Below are positions 10,115-19,677 of a stretch of 64,000 nt of DNA, piece by piece. The position numbers and the translations under genes are program-made. A model generated the notes under the pieces. The model saw only the letters and a list, made by a program, of their open reading frames with translations, had not been told where the DNA came from and did no database searches. Positions within the stretch are counted from its first letter, which is position 1, and the number at the start of each line of letters is the position of its first letter. Origin of the DNA: an uncultured Acidobacteriota bacterium (lineage in GTDB: Bacteria; Acidobacteriota; UBA6911); the NCBI GenBank assembly GCA_963809485.1, contig CAWEJX010000007.1, forward strand, positions 416,001 through 480,000. Reading direction: 5' to 3'.

Positions 10115-10906
10115 CTACTGTTCCGCCTCCCGATCATCGGCGGCAAGCAGGGCGGCCCCAAAAGCGCCTGCCAGCTGCGCGTGAGGCAAAATGTTTACCG
10201 GGCGGCCTAACCGCTGGGACAGCATTTCCGCCAGTACCGGATTGTGGGCCACCACCCCGCCGCTGATGACGACATCGCCCGAGAGCGGATCCATTTCTAT
10301 AATCCGCTTCACGACCGATTCGATAAGCCCGGCAACGATCTCAGGCACTTTCTCGCCCGCGCGCAAATGGGACAGAATTTCCGTTTTGGTGAATACGGTG
10401 CAAAAGCTTCCCATGTGAACTATGTGTTTTGCCTGGCGCGCCAGGGATTCGATCTGGTCCATCGGCACGTCCATGCGCTGGGCAACCTCTTCGAGGAATG
10501 CGCCCGTTCCCGCAGCGCATTTGCGGTTCATTTTGAAATTGATACGCCTGCCTTCGGCGTCCACATGAATGACCTTGTTGTCCTGGCCTCCGACATCAAC
10601 GACTGCGATTTTGCGCGGGAAGAAGTGGTGTGCGGCGCGGGAGTGGCAGGCGATTTCCGTCCGGGTCGCATTGGCGAAAGAGACGTTGTGCCGGCCGTAG
10701 CCGGTTGAGAGGATGCGCGCGAGATCCGGCAGGCTTTTGCCGCAGGAAGCCAAAGCCGCATCCATGGCTTCCTGCGCGCACGTCTCGAAATTGACCCCGG
10801 TTTTCCTTACGTCGGAAGCCAGGAGCGCTTTCCGGGAATCAATAATCGCAACCTTGGTCGCCGAAGCGCCGACATCCACCCCGCCGTAAATCGCGTCGGA
10901 ACTCAC
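10115..10906 (-). CDS. CoA-substrate-specific enzyme activase (HgdC/FldI/BadF-G/BcrA-D ASKHA ATPase)
   Basis: GVDVGASATK, STGYGR, TEIACH, DVGGQDNK, NRKCAAGTG, SFCTVF. Confidence 0.92.
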   Translation of the reverse strand: MSSDAIYGGVDVGASATKVAIIDSRKALLASDVRKTGVNFETCAQEAMDAALASCGKSLPDLARILSTGYGRHNVSFANATRTEIACHSRAAHHFFPRKIAVVDVGGQDNKVIHVDAEGRRINFKMNRKCAAGTGAFLEEVAQRMDVPMDQIESLARQAKHIVHMGSFCTVFTKTEILSHLRAGEKVPEIVAGLIESVVKRIIEMDPLSGDVVISGGVVAHNPVLAEMLSQRLGRPVNILPHAQLAGAFGAALLAADDREAEQ

Positions 10907-12162
10907 CGGCCCTTCCTCTCCGCAAGTTGCTCGATGAAAGCCTCGATATTGGTGCGGGCCTGTTCTTCCGAGTAGCAGCGCAGGTCGTTCAGATCCCCGT
11001 GCAACACAAGCATCGGTATGTCGTACTTTTTGGCGAGACGTTCCGGCAGGCCGTAACGGTTGTTGGAATTGTTGGGGCAGGTTTTCGCGTCATGAAAAAT
11101 CATGCCGTCGATCTTGTACAGATCGATCTCTCTCTCGAAATAGTGCTCCTTGTACTCTTCATTGCGAACGATGAACAGTTCAATGTAGGCGCGCGCCATG
11201 CTGTCAAAGGGATCGTCCGGATCCAGAGCGGGGAAGACCCAGCTGCTGCAGTAGGTCGAAGCCAGAACGCAGGTATTCAGGCCTGCAAACTGGGTGGACA
11301 ATTCGCGCAGCTTGCCCCAGATCGGCATGCCTTCCCAGTAGAGGCGGAATCTCTCGTCGTCGATGGCTGCAATCCCGTCCTGGACCCGCTGCCGCAGTTC
11401 GGCAAGAAGCAATTTGTAGTAATCGACCGCCCGCTGTTCGCCCCGGAGAACCACCGCGGGGCCCATTTGGATCGTGCCATCAAAAAATGTCAGCGGGGAA
11501 GGGACGTTCGAAGCGATTTGCAGCACCTGTTTCCACAGGTCCGTGCATTGACGGGAAAGGCCGACCACACGCCTGAATTCCTCGTAATCCAGCTTTTGGC
11601 CGGAGATCTCCTCCAGCTTCGGAACAAGCGCCTTGATCTGGGCGGAGATGGAATCCACATGCGCTTTGGTAATGTCGCCGACGCCGCGGTGCGTCTCGAC
11701 GCCGATAACGGGCACCTTGAATTCCCGCGCATAGAAGTTGTACCAGTCCTGCACATCGCGGCACTGGTTGGTGTTGTAAACCAGCACGTCGGGGCGGGGC
11801 GGGCCGCTGATGCCGGGGTATGCCTTGCTTATGGGGCTTTCGCCCTTGATATAAGATCCGATATCGCTGGTCAGATACGAACAGATGTCGGGGGAGTAGC
11901 CCAGGGCATTGGCTATGGGAATGAGATCCGTGGCCATGCGGGTCGAGCCGAGCATGGCGCCGTGATTTTCCGGAAAGAAGACCAGGAATCCGGCTGCCCG
12001 CAGCAGTTCGGCGGGCCCGACACTGGTGCACCAGGCAATTTTGCGGCTTTTCGTCCTGGCAGCTTCATCCAGCTCGCGGAAATGCTGCTCCATGATTTCC
12101 TTCATTTTATTGGTTGCTTGGATTTTCTTGAATGCCTGCGGCTTTGTTTGTTCCGTTTTCAC
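10903..12162 (-). CDS. 2-hydroxyacyl-CoA dehydratase alpha-type subunit (HgdA/FldB/BcrB family)
   Basis: PENHGAM, GYSPDICSY, NTNQC, WEGMPIW, AKTC. GTG start at 12162 follows AGGAG/GAGG. The upstream extension of the listed ORF is antisense to the next gene. Confidence 0.88.
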   Translation of the reverse strand: MKTEQTKPQAFKKIQATNKMKEIMEQHFRELDEAARTKSRKIAWCTSVGPAELLRAAGFLVFFPENHGAMLGSTRMATDLIPIANALGYSPDICSYLTSDIGSYIKGESPISKAYPGISGPPRPDVLVYNTNQCRDVQDWYNFYAREFKVPVIGVETHRGVGDITKAHVDSISAQIKALVPKLEEISGQKLDYEEFRRVVGLSRQCTDLWKQVLQIASNVPSPLTFFDGTIQMGPAVVLRGEQRAVDYYKLLLAELRQRVQDGIAAIDDERFRLYWEGMPIWGKLRELSTQFAGLNTCVLASTYCSSWVFPALDPDDPFDSMARAYIELFIVRNEEYKEHYFEREIDLYKIDGMIFHDAKTCPNNSNNRYGLPERLAKKYDIPMLVLHGDLNDLRCYSEEQARTNIEAFIEQLAERKGR

Positions 12163-12360
12163 TCCCTCACTCCTGTGTTTATTGGATTCCTTTTTACCGT
12201 ACCCATCTGTCCTCATTTCCAAATATGGCTTGCCTCGAGCCCGAATGTCAAATTTCTTCATGAAGCGTTCTGGCTTTTGGCTTCCGCCTTCCGATGTTAC
12301 ACTAAGTGTTTTTTTAACCTGTGTGCGTTCATATCGGCGGGCGGCCGGGGAGGAGCAAAG

Positions 12361-13518
12361 ATGGCAGAAACGCAATCGGGCGGTTTGGCGATGGTTGAAA
12401 GGTACTATTCCGACTACGGGTCGAGAGCCCGGGAACTGAGGAGCTCGGGCAGGAAAGTCATCGGGTATATGTCCGCTCTCTGCCCCGTGGAGATCCTCAC
12501 GGCGGCGGGCGTCGTGCCGGTACGGCTGAAGGGCAACGTGTCGGAACCTGTCACCAAGGCTGATGCCTACATGGAGACAATGATATGCCCCTTTGTACGG
12601 AATGCCTTCGATGCGGCTCTCAAGGGCAGATACGCATACCTGGACGGCATGGTACTGCCCCATCAGTGCGACAGCGTCGAGAGGACCTTTGACGTGTGGA
12701 GTGAAAAACTGGAATTCCCGTACTGGCATTTTATCAACTACCCTCATGTCACGGACGATCCTTCCATCGAGTTTACGGACGAGATCCTGAGAATTTTCCT
12801 GAGGACCTTGGAAAAGTTCACTGGGAGAAACATCACCGATCAATCGCTCGCGGAAGCCGTCCGCGCTCATAACGAAAACCGGCGGGCCATGAGAGCGCTT
12901 TACGAACTGCGGAAAGAAGATGCGCCCCGCATCTCCGGCGCCGAAATGATGAAGGTCCTCATAGCCTCCATGAGCCTCCCCGTCGACGAGTCAACCGCCC
13001 TGATAAAAAGCGTTGCTGAAGAAGCCAAAACGCGGGTTCGCGGCAACGGCAGCCCGACAGCGCGAATCATGCTCGTGGGAGATCAGATCGACGACGTGGC
13101 GATCGTCAACGCCATCGAAGATGCCGGTGCGTGCCTCGTCATGGACGATCTTTCGACGGGCAGCAAGATGTACTGGGGCGACGTCGATCCGACAAGTGAT
13201 CCGGTCCGGGGCATTACGGAAAGGTACCTCAAAAAACTGAAGTTCCCTACGACGTTCGTCTCCGAGGGAAACACCTATTCGGAAAATCTCGAAGCGCGCT
13301 TCGGCCACATGAGGCAATACATCGAGGATTTCAGGGTCAACGGGGTGATCCTTTTCATTTACAAATATTGCGATCCGTACGGCTTTGAAGTCCCCGCGAT
13401 AAAAAGCTTCATTGAAACAGCCGGGACGCCGGTCCTTTACATTGAGGATGAATACAACACGTCCAGCCTCGGCCGGGTGAAAACCCGGATAGAAGCATTC
13501 CTGGAAATGATTGCTTAA
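12361..13518 (+). CDS. 2-hydroxyacyl-CoA dehydratase beta-type subunit (HgdB/FldC/BcrC/BzdN family)
   Basis: ATG 12361 after AGGAG. KVIGYMSALCPVEIL, ICPFVR, HQCD, KYCDP, TRIEAFLEM. Confidence 0.9.
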   Translation: MAETQSGGLAMVERYYSDYGSRARELRSSGRKVIGYMSALCPVEILTAAGVVPVRLKGNVSEPVTKADAYMETMICPFVRNAFDAALKGRYAYLDGMVLPHQCDSVERTFDVWSEKLEFPYWHFINYPHVTDDPSIEFTDEILRIFLRTLEKFTGRNITDQSLAEAVRAHNENRRAMRALYELRKEDAPRISGAEMMKVLIASMSLPVDESTALIKSVAEEAKTRVRGNGSPTARIMLVGDQIDDVAIVNAIEDAGACLVMDDLSTGSKMYWGDVDPTSDPVRGITERYLKKLKFPTTFVSEGNTYSENLEARFGHMRQYIEDFRVNGVILFIYKYCDPYGFEVPAIKSFIETAGTPVLYIEDEYNTSSLGRVKTRIEAFLEMIA

Positions 13519-13530
13519 CAGGAGAGATAC

Positions 13531-14859
13531 ATGGCTGAAATCAGAAAACCAAGACCACTGGCGACACAGGCGGCGGGGAAAGCAGGAAAATTCGGCCGGG
13601 CCAACATGGCCGCAACTTTGAAAGCCAGGGAAGAGGGCAAGAAGGTTGCCTACACCTATATCAATAACGCTCAGGACGAGATCGTCCGCGCCATGGATAT
13701 CGTCCCGGCCTGGGGCGAGAATTTTGCCGGTGTTTGCTCCGCCAAGCGCGACGCGGAGAAGTTTCTTCAGAAGGCGGAGGCGGAAAATTTCTCCCGCTCG
13801 CTGTGCACCTATGCGACATGCACCATCGGCTTCGACATGTGGCGCGAGGAACTGGGAGGGGAGATTCCCCCCAATACTCCGTGGGGGGGCATGGGAAGGC
13901 CCGACATGATCATCGGCAGCGCCCAGCAGCTGTGCGATCCAAGGATCAAATGGCCCCAGGCGACTCAGCACTATCTCCAGGACGTCCCGGTCTGGATGGG
14001 AACCATGTACTATCCTCCCTGGGACCCTGCCATCGACCACAAGGAACAGGAGAAGCTTTACGTAAAGTACGCCACTGAAGAACTCCGCAGCCTGGTGCGG
14101 TTCTGCGAAAAGCACACGGGGAAAAAAATGGACTGGGACCGGCTCGCAGCGCTGGTCGATTTAACCGACCGGACCTGGGACATGTTTATCGACAGCTACG
14201 AGCTGCGGAAAGCCATTCCGACCCCTATGGATACGGGCGACGCCATGAACACGATGGTGCCGCTGACTTTCAATCTGGGCACCCAGGAAGCCCTCGATTT
14301 CTACAAGGAGCTCTATAGCGAGCTACGGGAGAAGATTGCTCAGAAAAAGGGCGTAGCCGAGGACGAGAAATTCCGGCTTGTCTGGGGCGCCGGCCTGCCT
14401 TCCTGGTTTGCTCTGGGCGACTTCCAGTACTTCAATGATAAGGGAGCCGTTTTCCCGGTTGAAGTCACCTATCGCAACGCCGAGAAGATTGAACGCCTCG
14501 ACCTGCCCAAAACCAGCGATCCCCTCGAACACCTCGCATGGAGATGGGTACGCTTGTGGACCCGATGGTTCGACAAGGCGCGCAAGCGGCCGGGTTCGCT
14601 ACCGAAGGTCGAGCGCATCATCGAATATATGGAAGACTACCAGTGCGATGGCGTGGTGTTCCACTCCGCATACTCCTGCCGCAGCTGGCATGCGGGTATC
14701 GTCCAGCAGGCACAGGTGCTGAACAAGGTCTACGGCGACGTTCCCACTCTTATCATGGAGGGGGACATCGTCGACATCAGCTCCTACAATGAAGCCGATA
14801 CCCATAACAGGATCGACGCGTTCATCGAAACCCTCGCAGCCAGGAAAGGGAAACGGTAG
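13531..14859 (+). CDS. 2-hydroxyacyl-CoA dehydratase alpha-type subunit (HgdA/BcrB/BzdO family)
   Basis: WGENFAG, SRSLCTYA, QLCDPR, YSCRSW, EGDIVD, RIDAFIETL. Confidence 0.9.
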   Translation: MAEIRKPRPLATQAAGKAGKFGRANMAATLKAREEGKKVAYTYINNAQDEIVRAMDIVPAWGENFAGVCSAKRDAEKFLQKAEAENFSRSLCTYATCTIGFDMWREELGGEIPPNTPWGGMGRPDMIIGSAQQLCDPRIKWPQATQHYLQDVPVWMGTMYYPPWDPAIDHKEQEKLYVKYATEELRSLVRFCEKHTGKKMDWDRLAALVDLTDRTWDMFIDSYELRKAIPTPMDTGDAMNTMVPLTFNLGTQEALDFYKELYSELREKIAQKKGVAEDEKFRLVWGAGLPSWFALGDFQYFNDKGAVFPVEVTYRNAEKIERLDLPKTSDPLEHLAWRWVRLWTRWFDKARKRPGSLPKVERIIEYMEDYQCDGVVFHSAYSCRSWHAGIVQQAQVLNKVYGDVPTLIMEGDIVDISSYNEADTHNRIDAFIETLAARKGKR

Positions 14860-14870
14860 CAGCTCCGTTT

Positions 14871-15113
14871 CGGGTCAGGTACCTCCGGCAAAGCCGGAGG
14901 CTTGAAAGATTTGAACCGCTCAAAGCGGTTGGAGAAGTTACGCCGGTCTTGAACGCTGACTTACGCGGGCAAAAGCCGATGAGGCGCCTCATCGGCTTTT
15001 GCTCGCCGACCCTCGCCGAACAAATCGGTGTTTGTCAGCGCTTTTATCAGCGTTTCAAAATACGGAACTGTCAAACTCTTTGAGTCTCCCGGCAGAGCCG
15101 GGAGTTTACCAAT
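14871..15113. mobile_element. non-autonomous IS200/IS605-like MITE, copy 1 (internally deleted)
   Basis: Terminal hairpins CCTCCGGC-AAA-GCCGGAGG / AACCGC-TCAAA-GCGGTT and CTCCCGGC-AGA-GCCGGGAG. Central perfect 34-bp palindrome at 14969-15002. Homologous to 21444 and 24687. No transposase. Confidence 0.7.
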
Positions 15114-15119
15114 GTAATT

Positions 15120-15971
15120 ATGATGCAGGTTGCCAACAGCTACTTCGCCGGTGTAGATATCGGGTCGACGATGACCAAGGTTGTCATCCTGGGCGGCGGC
15201 AAAGAGTCGTCCATCATAGGACCTACGGGGCCCGAGCACAGGAAACTGGCCAACCTTGTGATGGAGGAAGCGCTGCGCCGGGCGGGAATTTCGTTTGGCG
15301 ATGTAACCTGCGTTGTCGCAACTGGTTACGGAAGGATCAATGTGCCCTTTGCCGACCGGCAGGTTACGGAGATCACCTGTCACGCAAAGGGGCTGTCGAG
15401 CCTCCTCCCCTCGGCGCATACGGTGGTGGACATCGGCGGCCAGGACAGCAAAGGGATTCGCGTTGAGAACGGCAAGGTTGTCGATTTCGTCATGAACGAT
15501 AAATGCGCTGCCGGCACCGGGCGTTTTCTGGAAATCATTGCGGAAGCGCTTGGCATTTCCCTGGACAAACTGGGGGAGTTGTCCCTGGCCGCTGAGAAAC
15601 CGGCCGTCATCGGCAATACGTGCACGGTCTTCGCCGAACAGGAGGTTATCTCGCAGCTGGCGGCCGGCGAGTCCGTGCCGAACCTTGTGGCCGGCATCCA
15701 TCAGGCTATCGCGACGCGCATTTTTGCCCTCGTCAGCAAGCTCAAGATCAAGCCCGATGTGGCCATAACGGGCGGCGGGGCGAAAAACGTCGGTCTGGTA
15801 AAAGCGCTGGAAGCAAAATTCGGCTGCCCTGTGCAGGTTCCCCGTGAACCGCTCCTCACCGGCGCTCTCGGAGCGGCCCTGATCGGGCGGGAGATGTACG
15901 AGAAGGCTGTAAAGACCGGCGGCAAACTTGCCACGAAGCCCCGGCAGCTGGGCGAAGCAAGCCTTTTCTGA
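15120..15971 (+). CDS. ASKHA activase subunit (BcrA/BzdQ/HgdC-like)
   Basis: GVDIGSTMTK, ATGYGR, TEITCHAKG, DIGGQDSK, NDKCAAGTG, TCTVFAE. Confidence 0.92.
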   Translation: MMQVANSYFAGVDIGSTMTKVVILGGGKESSIIGPTGPEHRKLANLVMEEALRRAGISFGDVTCVVATGYGRINVPFADRQVTEITCHAKGLSSLLPSAHTVVDIGGQDSKGIRVENGKVVDFVMNDKCAAGTGRFLEIIAEALGISLDKLGELSLAAEKPAVIGNTCTVFAEQEVISQLAAGESVPNLVAGIHQAIATRIFALVSKLKIKPDVAITGGGAKNVGLVKALEAKFGCPVQVPREPLLTGALGAALIGREMYEKAVKTGGKLATKPRQLGEASLF

Positions 15972-16019
15972 TGCAGGGCTCGAAATGGAGAACTTGCCAA
16001 TGTCCCCCTGCGCAAGCCC

Positions 16020-16125
16020 GAAGTTCGAAGTCTTCTGCGGTTCGACATTCGATACTCAATATTCGCTTCAGTATTTGTCAAACTGAGGCTGCCTCACCGG
16101 CAGAGCCGGCGGCTCTTCCATTGGA
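16020..16125. repeat. composite remnant: TTCGA(C/T)A heptamers plus an IS200-like end hairpin
   Basis: TTCGACATTCGATACTCAATATTCG followed by TGTCAAACT...CCGGCAGAGCCGG, resembling the MITE end. Confidence 0.55.
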
Positions 16126-16138
16126 TTAGGGTGACTCT

Positions 16139-16900
16139 ATGAAATATGCCTTGGGGATCGACGCAGGTTCAAGTTTCGCCAAAGCAGCCGTGTTGGGAGA
16201 AGGAAGGCTGCTGTCCTGCGCCGTAATCCCTGCAAGGGGCAACTATGCGGACGCCGCCCGGAGGGTGTCTGAAACCGCCATTGAAAAGGCAGGGCTTCTC
16301 CGCAAAGACATTTCAACGACAGTGGCGACAGGCTGGGGAGCCGGGGCCGTTGATTTTGCCGACCGGACCGTTGCCGATATCTCCTGCCACGCTGCCGGGA
16401 TTTTTCATTTCTTCCCTTCAGCCCGGACCGTCGTGGACATCGGCAGCCAGTTCAGCCGGGCTATCAAGCTGGCTGACGACGGAAGGGTGATGAATTTCGT
16501 TCAGAATGAGAAGTGCGCGGGCGGGAGCGGCAAGTTTCTCCAGGTCATCGCGCGGATTCTCCATATGAACGTCGCGGATATCGGCGCCCTTTCCTTGGAG
16601 TCGGCAAATCCCGTCGAATTTACCACCGGATGCGCGGTCTTTGCCGAATCTGAAGCGGTTTCGCGGATTGCCGAAGGTGCCAGCCCGGCGGATATCCTGG
16701 CGGGAGTGCACAAAGCGATGGCGGCCAAGATCGTCAACCTCATCGTCCGTCTCGGCCCGGCGCCGGACTGCGCCGTCACCGGCGGGGGCGCCAAAGACAT
16801 TGGACTCGTGCGGACGCTGGAAACAGAGCTGGGCGCAAAAATACTGGTGCCTGAGGAGCCGCAGGTTTCAGCCGCAGTCGGAGCGGCAATCCTGGGATAG
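16139..16900 (+). CDS. ASKHA activase subunit (BcrD/BzdP-like, divergent)
   Basis: GIDAGSSFAK, ATGWGA, ADISCH, DIGSQ, NEKCAGGSG, GCAVFAESE. Confidence 0.9.
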   Translation: MKYALGIDAGSSFAKAAVLGEGRLLSCAVIPARGNYADAARRVSETAIEKAGLLRKDISTTVATGWGAGAVDFADRTVADISCHAAGIFHFFPSARTVVDIGSQFSRAIKLADDGRVMNFVQNEKCAGGSGKFLQVIARILHMNVADIGALSLESANPVEFTTGCAVFAESEAVSRIAEGASPADILAGVHKAMAAKIVNLIVRLGPAPDCAVTGGGAKDIGLVRTLETELGAKILVPEEPQVSAAVGAAILG

Positions 16901-16997
16901 ACGGCCGGCCAACCGGATTTTCCGGCCGGATACCCGTGAAATTTGTGCGGATTCGTGGCATATTTGTAAAACGATGTCAATTTCAAGAAGAGGAACC

Positions 16998-18281
16998 ATG
17001 AACTACTATCTGAATTACGGCGGCGGCAGAATGAATTTCTCCCTGCCGGCCGAATGGAATGTGCTCAGCTCCCGGGACTGCGCACCCGCGCCTTTGGTTG
17101 AGGACCCCGTCAAAGAGGTCGAACGCGCTCTTGACAATCCGATAGGGACCGCGCCTCTGGAAAAGCTCGCCCGTCCCGGAATGCGAACGGTGGTGCTTTT
17201 TGACGATATGCAGCGGCCGACTCCCGCCTATCTTGCTCTCCCGGCGGTCCTGAACCGTCTTAACAAGGCCGGGGTGCCCGACGAACGGATTACGGCCATT
17301 TGCGCGCGGGGAACCCATCCCGCGCCGACGCCGGAGCAGGTTGAAAAGAAAATCGGAACGGAAGCCGTGCGCCGGCTCGCAGGCCGCATACACATCCACG
17401 AATCCCAGTCGCCGGAAAACGTGTGGATAGGCAAAACCCGCCGCGGCACGGTGGTCGAGATCAATCGGCATGTGGCTGAAGCCGATCTGGTTCTGGGCAT
17501 CGGGGCGTGCATGCCCCATCCCAATGCCGGATTCGGGGGCGGCTGCAAGATCATCATGCCCGGAGTTGCCTCTTACCGCACCATCGGGGACCACCACTAC
17601 AACTGGCTTCGCAACAGGAGCTGCAAGCTGAATGTCCTGGAAGGGAATCCTTATTACGAAGAAATCGTGGAAATTGCCCGCCTGGGCTGCCTGGCCTTCA
17701 AAATCGATTTCCTCCTGAACGAAACCAACCAGGTCATCAGGGTTTTCGCGGGCGATCCCGTCGAGGAGCACCGGCAGGCCTGCGATCACGCTGCCTCTCT
17801 TTATGTTGTTGCCCTGCCGAAACAGGCAGATGTTGTGATCACATCGGCCTCGCCTCTTGAAATCGGCGTCCAGGCGACCAAATCGCTGCTTAACGCCAAG
17901 AGCGCCGCAAGGACAGACGCCACGATTATCTGGGTGGCCGGGCAAAAGCAGGCGGGCCCGTTGATGGCCCTCATCGAGCAGATGGCGGCCGCCAAAAGCG
18001 CCAACGAATACCATCGCCGGCTTCTCAACGGCGATATCCCGGACAGCATCAAACCTTACGGTATTTCGTTCTTCATGCTGGGCGTTCCGTTCAAGGAAAT
18101 GTCGGAGCAGTACAACGTGGTCCACGTGACGGAAGGTTTGACTAAGGAGCAGGTGGAACTGATGAATTTCGGATACGCTTCATCACTCGACGATGCGATC
18201 CGCGAAGTTCAGAAGAAAATGCCCCGAGCCGATGTAACGATTCTTCCCTCAGGCGGCATTATCATTCCATCGGTACAGTAG
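16998..18281 (+). CDS. larA: LarA-family NPN-dependent racemase/epimerase 2
   Basis: ATG 16998 after GAGG. DDMQRPTP, ARGTH, HPNAGFGGGCKIIMPG, GDHH, QATK. Confidence 0.88.
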   Translation: MNYYLNYGGGRMNFSLPAEWNVLSSRDCAPAPLVEDPVKEVERALDNPIGTAPLEKLARPGMRTVVLFDDMQRPTPAYLALPAVLNRLNKAGVPDERITAICARGTHPAPTPEQVEKKIGTEAVRRLAGRIHIHESQSPENVWIGKTRRGTVVEINRHVAEADLVLGIGACMPHPNAGFGGGCKIIMPGVASYRTIGDHHYNWLRNRSCKLNVLEGNPYYEEIVEIARLGCLAFKIDFLLNETNQVIRVFAGDPVEEHRQACDHAASLYVVALPKQADVVITSASPLEIGVQATKSLLNAKSAARTDATIIWVAGQKQAGPLMALIEQMAAAKSANEYHRRLLNGDIPDSIKPYGISFFMLGVPFKEMSEQYNVVHVTEGLTKEQVELMNFGYASSLDDAIREVQKKMPRADVTILPSGGIIIPSVQ

Positions 18282-18304
18282 GCGATTGCGTTACAGAACA
18301 ATCC

Positions 18305-18365
18305 AACCACGAAATACGCCAAACACTTGAAATCTCCATTCGTGTATTTGGTGTATTTCGTGGTT
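18305..18365. terminator. long imperfect inverted repeat between convergent genes
   Basis: AACCACGAAATACGCCAAA...TTTGGTGTATTTCGTGGTT. Confidence 0.6.
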
Positions 18366-18378
18366 CTCTTTTAAGCTC

Positions 18379-19589
18379 CTACACGGTTGCGCCGGAGCTT
18401 TTCAGACGGCCGATTTCCTCTCTGCTGTAACCTAGTTCCAGCAAAATCTCTTCCGTGTGCTCGCCCAGTTGAGGCGCCGGTTTTCTCCAGGAGGCCGGGG
18501 TTTCGCTGAAATCCCACGGGAAGCCGACTTCTCGAACCCGGCGTCCCCAGACCGGATGATCCACTTCTATGATGTATTGGTTGGCGATTGCCTGAGGGTC
18601 CTGGCAGACTTCCGTGAGAGACTGGACAGGAGTGCAGATGCAGCCTCCCTTCTTCAGCTGCTCAAGCCACTCATCGCGGTTTTGGCGGCAAATTTCTCAT
18701 CCAGAATGCGGATAAGCTCTTTTGAATTCTGGCCGCGCGCTTCCATGGTGTGGAACCTGGGATCGTGTTCCAGATGCTCGAGACCCATGGCCTTGCAGAA
18801 GATGGGCCAGTACCGGTCGGGCTGAAGGTGCGCCACCGCAATCCACTTGCCATCGCGGCATGAATAGTGGTTATACATGGGATTGCCCGCCTCATTCCGG
18901 CATTCCCGGGGGTATTCCTGTCCCAGCATGGCCGGGGCATCGAGGATGAGGCCGGCCAGGGCGATGATGCTGCCCATGAGCGATGTATCGATCAATTGGC
19001 CTTTGCCGGTCTTCTCGCGGGCATATAGAGCCGCTGTGATAGCCCAGGCAAGCATCAAGGCGCCGATCTGGTCGCCCAGACCGGGCAGCATTTGCGCCGG
19101 AGGGCTCCCTTTTTCGCCGGCGCACATCATCAGACCGGAACGGGCAATGCCCGTATAATCAAAGGAGAGGTCGCCGGCTGCGGGACCTTTTCTTCCCCAT
19201 CCCGAAGAATGGCCATAGATGAGGCGCGCATTCCGCTTCATCAGATCGTCGGGCCCGATGCCGATTTTAATCGGGGCGTCGATGCTCATATTCGTAATGA
19301 AGACATCCGCTTTGTCGATCAGCTTCAGGAATATCTCTTTCCCCTGGGGCGACTTGAGGTCCAGCGCGATGCTGCGCTTGTTGCGGTTGTTGCTTTCAAA
19401 GTAATAATTTTCGCCCTTAAGGCCCACCGTGGCTCCGATCAGCCGCATAAAGCCGCGGGCAGGATCCCCTTCTTTGGGTTCGACTTTGATGACGTCGGCG
19501 CCGAGATCCGCCAGTTTTGTTCCGGCGACCGGCCCCTGTTGAAACATGGTAATTTCCACTACACGAACGCCTGTCAGTGGCCCGGACAT
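18379..19589 (-). pseudogene. CoA-transferase family III with a 1-bp frameshift near 18678
   Basis: Paralog of 6161-7372. AAA ACC GCG ATG would need to read AAA ACC CGC GAT GAG TGG (KTRDEW); the alternate frame continues to GFPWDFSETPASW...LGEHTEE. True pseudogene or assembly indel. Confidence 0.8.
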
Positions 19590-19677
19590 CTGAAATCCTC
19601 CTTAAAAAAAATCGCTACTATAGTCGGCGGGAAAAGCCCAGTCAAGAATATCGGCCTTTGGCCGATGCTCCTAATCC

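Noticed and set aside
10115-12162. Double-cubane cluster protein with its reductase
   Set aside because: The motifs (PENH, DICSY, NQC, EGMPIW) fit HgdA/FldB alpha subunits better; not excluded without an alignment.
10927-12870. 863-aa and 655-aa mutually overlapping ORFs suggesting fusion proteins
   Set aside because: The extensions are antisense to the opposite gene. Real starts with RBS are at 12361 (+) and 12162 (-).
14961-15466. Similar short ORFs (e.g. 21398-21667, 24918-25220) as a repeated peptide family
   Set aside because: They are chance translations of the palindromic MITE copies, in inconsistent frames.
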